NCBI GenBank assembly: GCA_964016885.1 | Contig: OZ024741.1 | Span: forward strand, 107,446,001-107,510,000 | From: Eledone cirrhosa | Lineage: Eukaryota | Direction: 5' to 3' | Length of the DNA: 64,000 bases | In this document: positions 56,243 through 64,000 of the stretch, piece after piece | Numbering within the stretch: position 1 is the stretch's first letter | Layout of the letters: each line of letters starts with the position of its first letter | Position numbers and translations under genes: made by a program | The notes under the pieces: model-generated | The model's database searches: none | What the model saw: only the letters and a program-made list of their open reading frames with translations | Told to the model about the DNA's origin: nothing

Positions 56243-57799
56243 GGATACTATTCATAGTTATGTATATTTTAAACTTTTTATAGTTATGTATATTTTAAAT
56301 TATAAACAGGGAAGGTCAGTAATTTATTACTACCTTATTACCAGTAAGATAAATAGCTCAATGTAATAACATCAGTTGTTCTACAGAGCAGTTATGTAGA
56401 GTTCACAAGAATCAAAGCTATGTTCAAATCATTTATTCACTTACAATTGTTTCATCCAAACCTAGGCTTGGCGTGTTCGGAGCATTTTTCAATGCTTGTA
56501 CATATAATTGACCTCCTATCCAACGCAAGAGACATGCATATACATATATATATATATTGATGTACAGTGGAGTGACATATATTATACTAAACTATATTTA
56601 TACAGCAATTCAAATTCAAAGTCAAAATTAAAATTAAAATTAAAATACATGCGGCAGATAACACAGATAATGCAAGAGGATAGTTCGATAATCAGATCTA
56701 GTAGATAGTGTATGCGTTAGTCATACATGGAGCATGCAAGTGTGTCTCATTTATATACGAGTATTGTGTGGCAAGGTGTTAGATGTAATGCAAGCACTTT
56801 AAGCGGGTAAGCAAGAGTATTATGGTGGTTGTAGAGGTAGGGTATTTTGTATAGATCAAAAAAGTATGTGTACAGAAAAATAAAAATAAAAAGAAAGTTA
56901 TAGTTTTCTCATCCCCCACCATTTTCAGATTCAGAAAAAGGAAGTTATAGTTTTTACATCCATCACATATGTTACGATGAATTCGTATTGAATGTTTGAT
57001 GTAGTAAATGACTGTAACGTATTGAGGCTCAGTGTTATTTAATCCATATTTATAGAATAGGTTCTTTCTGCTGCGAGAATTTACAGTGGTTTATTATCCG
57101 GAAGTAGGTGTGTAATTAAGGGGAGTTAATGCGTAAGGGGAGGTAACTGGCTGATTCTCATAACTAAATTCATTGTTCTAACATACATTATATGGTGCCT
57201 CAATTGAGTCCCTTATATAAAAGGTTATATATTTATATCTAATTTTAAATACAGTCTACTCTATCATAATGTATTAAAGGAATCTATAGGAAGTTGATTA
57301 CTCCTTATTATATAGCGCTATAATTGAATTTCCCACACAAAGTGCTATCTCTTTATATAAAAATTCACTGTAAATACAGTCTACTCTCAAAACATGTCAG
57401 AGGACCAATTAGAATTTTGTCTACATAACCTTTGGTAAGCTATGGAGCAGCGTACGGCTGTTTGCATGATAAAATCAAATGCATCTCTTGGGTAAACAAA
57501 TAAATCCCTCATTCACAATGTCATTAATCTATCCATCAAGTTATACATGCATATATAACTCATATACAATTCATTGCACTACTCTACATATAAGTTAGAC
57601 AGATCCCTTATGTTAATAAATTAATCCTATATATATCTGATGTTATTACTCTATACATTTAATTACAGATGCATATACAATTCACTGCCGTATCTAGTAT
57701 TTAAAGTTTATATAGACTGTATTATATTTCAGTCACTATATAATTATAAGTAATTTAAATTATATTAAAAGTTGGTGTTTGTGGGGATATTTCTAGGGT

Positions 57800-58289
57800 A
57801 TAAAGTTATAGATAGATAGAATGATTTGTGTCGAGGGAAGGGTGGATCAGAGAGTGTGGTGTAGTGGTGTAAGGCATGACCTTGAGGTGTGGTGTTAGAA
57901 GCGGTGATGGGTTCAAGTCTGACATTGTTATATATTGGGTTTAAAGCTTTGGAAGGAGTGTCGGAAGCGGTGCTGGCACGATTGAAACACTTCCGATTTT
58001 TTATTAAGGAGGTTAAGGTTCTAAAAGATTATAGTATGGGTCTCTAGTAGACAGAGGTTACAGAATTTATTAGGTGGTGTGTACGATGCTGCCTTACCTA
58101 TCACTTCCCATTTAAGTGTATATGATCTATTTCTAGTTTTCAGATAGTGTATGTAACTAGATAGTGAAGTGGAGTTGGCTAGACTGTGTTTTTTGAAAGA
58201 ATGAAGATGTGAGTTGTATCTGCCTTGCACCACACTCTCTGATCCACCCTTCCCTCGACACAAATCATTCTATCTATCTATAACTTTAT
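57800..58289 (-). mobile_element. 5'-truncated PLE: GIY-YIG end, 3' UTR and a short 5' inversion
   Basis: RYNSHLHSFK...TSLSSYI...YTLKWEVIGKA..Y......CNLCLLE, followed by LLNKKSEVFQSCQHRF. 58228-58289 is an inverted copy of 57800-57861. The 3' UTR probably extends further left. Confidence 0.85.
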
Positions 58290-58324
58290 TATCGAAAGTT
58301 CGAAAGTTTCTAGTTGATAAGAAA

Positions 58325-58435
58325 ATTAGGATGTTGTAATACAATCCAGAGGTTTGTAGTTATGTAAGAGGTGTTTCCAGACGTGTGGACAATGAGTGAA
58401 GAATTCATTTCTTGATTTTAGGCAATCGCTATTGC

Positions 58436-58440
<5 letters not shown>
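58325..58440 (-). mobile_element. Another PLE endonuclease C-terminal scrap
   Basis: CLKSRNEFFTHCPHVWKHLLHNYKP parallels LLNNRIERTLFCRHRTKTLFSHYKP at the end of the 35162 ORF. Confidence 0.55.
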
Positions 58441-58496
<56 letters not shown>

Positions 58497-59172
58497 AATA
58501 GAGAAAAGTACACAAAGAGATGTGTATTCAATTGTAGAGGACATAATACCACCAGAGTGAAAATCATATAATCTACGAACAGAATGGAAAATGCGCAAGA
58601 ATTAAAAAGATAAATGAAAGTGTACAGACCATTGTTTATAACTATATCTCCTGGACATGCTGGAAGTATGTTTCGCCACAAATTAAGTGTAGAATCATAC
58701 CGCTGATGGCTTATCAACAGGAGGAAACAACGATATAATCCACGCTTCTAAACATATATTAGACAAGGGCAATACCGCATGATGTAGAAAGACAAACCGT
58801 GCGCTATACCTCACATGGTGGTGTGAATGGACAAAAAGCAGCCAAACACCACTCAGCATACATATCGAAGTGAGATAGGAGCCAAAATATCAAATTAAAA
58901 AATGGAGTTAAAGACTCGCATTAATCCCCTAAAATTTAATGTGCTCAAGAGATAGACCCGGGATCTTTATAAGACAGTAAATAGAGAAAAGTACACAAAG
59001 AGATGTGTATTCAATTATAGGGGACATAGTAACACCAGAGTGAAAATCATATACTCTACGATCACAATGGAAAATACATCCATTCTGTTCGTAGAACACA
59101 CATCTCTATGTATACTTTTTCTATTTACTGTCTTATAAAGAGCCCGGGTCTAACCCTTGAGCATTTTTTAAA

Positions 59173-59288
<116 letters not shown>

Positions 59289-59352
59289 GTGTGTGTGCGT
59301 GTGTGTGCGTGTGTGTGTATATGTATATGCATACACACACACATATATATAC

Positions 59353-59388
<36 letters not shown>

Positions 59389-60220
59389 TGTAATACTTGG
59401 GGAGGGTCATATTGTTGTAATAATATTGCCAGAAATAATAACAGAACACACTCACTGTTTGGTTGGTTTTCGCTTCTGTATAAGCGAATTCGTTCTGTTG
59501 TTATTCTAGTTTTTTTATATTACAGAAAATAAATATATAAATAAATATATATATACATGGTTGTGTGTGTGTGTGTATGCATATATGTATATATGTATAT
59601 ATATATATGCATATATATATATATACAAACATATATATATATATATATGTATACACACACAAACAAACATGCATATATATATATATATGTCATAAATGTA
59701 TTTGACAATTGGAATGAAATAATTAGTAGATAGCAAACGAGGATTCTTTTCTAATGGCGATTATATGACGCCATTTTCATGTTATAATGTTTTCCTTTAA
59801 ATGCCTAAAACATTCTGTAATTTTGTCAATTGATAATGTTTCATGTGATATCGTCTTTATACTTTCAGTTGGCGGTAACCATAGTAACATGTCATTGCAT
59901 ACATTCACGTGCGTAGCCACATGATGCCATATATTGTTTCTAAAGCAACTAAATTACACTACGTTTCAGCTTTATTAAACGTACAGACGTTTGTAAAAAA
60001 AAAAAATTGATCAGCGATGAAGTATCAACATATTTATTTAACGAAATCAATTTTTTTCTCCGCTTATAAATTGGCATGGCTCTCTGGTTAAGGGAATAAT
60101 TTACCTAGCCTGATGGTTTCCTTGCTCAGTCACACCGTGTGGCACCTTAGGCACACGTGTATTTTACTATTATCTAGGGATTACCCCTTCTTGTGAGATT
60201 TCGTAGGTGGCTCTGTTTAT

Positions 60221-60260
<40 letters not shown>

Positions 60261-60265
60261 ACACA

Positions 60266-60342
<77 letters not shown>

Positions 60343-60369
60343 GTCCACCACCCCATCCATATATATATA

Positions 60370-60860
60370 TATATTAATAAAAGGAATTCCAACTTTGTCC
60401 GATTTATTCGTTTTATTTACAATCCTTACAATCATTATAATGATATTATAATGAAATAGTGTGGTAGAATATTAAATGTTAAATGTTAATCTTAACGTTC
60501 ATATTCTATGGTGATAGTCAAGTTTGCAATTTTCAACTGTAATGAGATGGCTAAAATGTGTGCCTTATATACAGTAAAAAGGGCCTACAGAATGCTAAAT
60601 TTTGCAAACTGTATTTCGACCAATCGGTGTGTGGTCTCACTAGATTACTAAAGCTGATTGGTTTAGGCGTGATGGTTGGTTGAGCATGTCTATTTGACCC
60701 TATCCAAAGCATCAATTGTTTTGCTATTTTTAGAAATGATGAAAATAGCGTTTTCTAGGGATTTTTTATAAAAAATCTTCAGTAAACATCAACATCAACA
60801 TCACTTTTATTATTATTATTGTTGTTGTTGTTGTTGTTAGTGGTGTTAGTCAACATGGTA
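60370..60860. repeat. Diverged single-arm copy of the 40720 family
   Basis: Shares attaataa.aggaattccaact, tttgcaattttcaactgtaatgagatgg and aaactgtatttcgaccaatc. Confidence 0.8.
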
Positions 60861-61780
60861 CTAGGCGTAGTCATAGTAGAAGTAATACCCCTAAGCATTA
60901 TTATTGTTCATTTAACTTGGGCTGGAATTTATCAATACAATTCTTTTCTTTAATTTTTCTCTTGATTTGGCTGTGTAGTTTGTCGAATGGAAATATTATA
61001 AATATTTTCTAACCACATGCTGCTAGATGGTTACTCAGGGGTATCTGAATGACATTTGGGTGTCTGATTTGCTGTCGGTGCACCGGTACACGTTCCGATA
61101 GTGCATTTCCAGTTTGACGAAGCTATCGATGAGCAAATTGAAGTCGAAATTTCAAAGCTAACGACTGGTAATATAGCTGAAAAACTACGAGAACTATGGA
61201 TTAGAGATATCTCAAAAGAAGAAAGCAAATCAAGAAATTTATGGCAGCAGAAACAATTATTTCTCGACGAATATGCTGCAAATTACGGTAAACACTCTGG
61301 AAATCTGAGAAAAAGCATTAAAAGTGGAGAATCTCGAGAACGATAAACGAGAAAAAATGAAATGAAATTTTATTTCCCACTCTTAGTACGGCTGTTACTT
61401 AAATATAAGTGAGCTAGTAAGCTTGAAACTAGTACAGCGTTCCTTTGTCAGTGTTGAACAAACGAGCAACAATGGTTGCTGGACACTACGGCTTAATACG
61501 GGATGTTTGTTTACAAACACACCGAGCATTATAATAAATGCTCGGTGAATCCATACGTACATATATATATATGTGTGCATGTATGTATATATATATACAT
61601 ACTACTGTACGTCTGTATACATATATGTATGTACGTGTACATACTTATATTTAAGTAACAGCCGTACTAAGCGTGGGAAATTTCATTTCATTTCATTTTT
61701 TCCGTTTATATATATATATATATATATATACAGAAAGAGAAAGAGAGAGCGAAGGAGAGAGAAAAGGAGAGAGAGAGAGA

Positions 61781-61850
<70 letters not shown>

Positions 61851-61913
61851 CTGCGGTGTTAAGATTGGAGTACCCAGTATATATAGAGATGCAGTGAGGG
61901 TATAGCGAGGGTA

Positions 61914-61985
<72 letters not shown>

Positions 61986-62734
61986 TCTCTCTCTCTCTCT
62001 CTCTTTATATATATATATATATGTGTATATATATACATGGGTATGTGTTTTTTCTTTGGTATTCTAATTAGTCCACGTACAGAATCGGAAAAATCAGCGC
62101 AATTATCTGCCATGGATTGATATTTCATTTTATTGATCGCAAAATAATTAATGGCAAAGTTAGTTAACATTAATAATAATATTCGATTCGTTTGCAAATT
62201 AAAAATAAGGTTTTAATTCATAGCAAGAGGCTTTCAAATGCTTATTCGTAAAGATACGCAATATCATTAGGTATACAAAATACAGATACTTATAAATATA
62301 CAGCTAAGCTGGAGCGAACACTTTAATTCTATATCTTGTTCAGGCCGAGCCTTCCTACAGATCCATAAGCAAATGAGGCTAATTAGCCCATGTACATCGG
62401 TGTCAAAACTATATGTTTTCGCCTATATTCAGTTCGAAACACACGTGATAATACACACACACACACACACACACACAATGGCACGCACTCACACACATAG
62501 AAAGAACAGAAATAAGCCTCACACACGCACACACACAAGATCAAGCCACGCACATCTACCAATTTCTTCCCTTCGGCACACATATAGAGAACTACACCTA
62601 TGGCACTCCTATACTCTCCACTTTGGCCTTCCAGGCCGAACCTTTCACACGCCTCCTCTTACCTATCTTTCCTAACATCCTTTCCTAACCCTCACACACT
62701 ACTCATACATCTGCCTGTTCTCTCCCTATCTGAA

Positions 62735-62775
62735 TTTTCTTGATGAAGAACTTCGGCCCGAAACGTTGAACTCTC
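62735..62775 (+). ncRNA. Degenerate hammerhead motif in a PLE-like 3' end
   Basis: ttc-TTGATGA-agaacttcggccc-GAAA-cg-TT-gaa, with C3 mutated and stem II decayed. Confidence 0.35.
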
Positions 62776-62859
62776 CTCCACTTTCTTCAAGCGTGAACCT
62801 AATATAACTGCGTATTTTATTTTTGCATTCCTGTGTTTGTTTTGTTTTGTTTCATATAA

Positions 62860-63046
<187 letters not shown>

Positions 63047-64000
63047 TTATATTTATATTTATTTATTTATAACTGTTGGTCAATCAATAATAAACATGTC
63101 TTGCCAGCTAAATTATTTATATGAATATAATAAAGCAAAAATCAAACCAAACAGTGAGTGTGTTTTACTATTTTTTTTCCAATATTAGAACAACATGACC
63201 CTCTCCAACTATACCAACATAGTATATAGCTATGTCGGAGCACTAATACAAATTCTGAATTAAATGAGTTTTCTCAGCTCATGAATACAGGCTGGGTATC
63301 TATAAGATTCAAGCTTACATTATCCTCAACAAAGATGAGGATATACGTAGACTTTATAACAGCTAATAAGCTACAAATGCGTCGATTACTTCCCCGGTTT
63401 TCGCTGAGGCTGTGTGTGCGACGATGATCACAACCTGAATAGAGTTATTCAAAACAACGAACAGCAGAGGACACGTATCGATCCTAACCGACAGATACCC
63501 CCCACCCCCCCGGAAAACCCCCCCAGTTGATGGATGTGAATCCGAAATATAGGGACAATTAAATTTCTCGTGTTATTATTTTTATTTTTTACGCTCTTTC
63601 CTACGTTCTTCTACACACTATACATCTCAATCTACATTCACTTACATCTCTCTCTCCACCACCGGATCTTGTTACCCGGAGAATTACCCACCTGCATTGT
63701 TGAGGCTTCCAAAACGACCTAAAGAAAATATATCTTATTATTCCACAATGCTTCAAGCAAACTTCTATACTCTCTTAAGTAGCCTTTCCCCACTTAAAAA
63801 ATCTTCAAAACTCAGGCATTGGTTGTTCAGGATATGTTACAGGTTCGTGTGGCTGGCCGTAGCCTAGAAGTGCACCATTTTCTGTAATCTGACGAGCGAT
63901 TTCAATACTTTTAGCAGAGTTTGTAGCCATCATATACATATATATAATTGCCACTAACACTAAGATATCGTTGTACATATCGGTGTATATGAAAACATAA

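Overview
Eukaryotic, AT-rich and very microsatellite-dense DNA ((TA)n, (CA)n, (GA)n, (TACA)n). The repeat content suggests an invertebrate, probably an octopus or other cephalopod (inference). Most ORFs in the supplied track are microsatellite artefacts. One host gene is supported: the last three coding exons (9001-9090, 12431-12565, 14787-15091, + strand) of a stargazin/TARP-like (CACNG, claudin superfamily) protein. The rest is mostly mobile DNA: a nearly intact Penelope-like element (PLE; RT + GIY-YIG, 33083-35162) between long inverted repeats, further decayed PLE fragments, a GC-rich RTE LINE with its 5' end preserved, decayed RTE and CR1-group LINEs, about 13 tRNA-derived SINEs, a hAT MITE, a deleted mariner and a Helitron-like 3' end. 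The most notable pattern is a set of small non-coding fold-back and partial-tandem elements sitting in (TA)n tracts, several carrying minimal hammerhead ribozyme motifs. There is also an almost perfect ~8.8 x 615-bp tandem array embedded in a (TA)n tract. All of this was read by eye; no alignments, folding or database searches were run.
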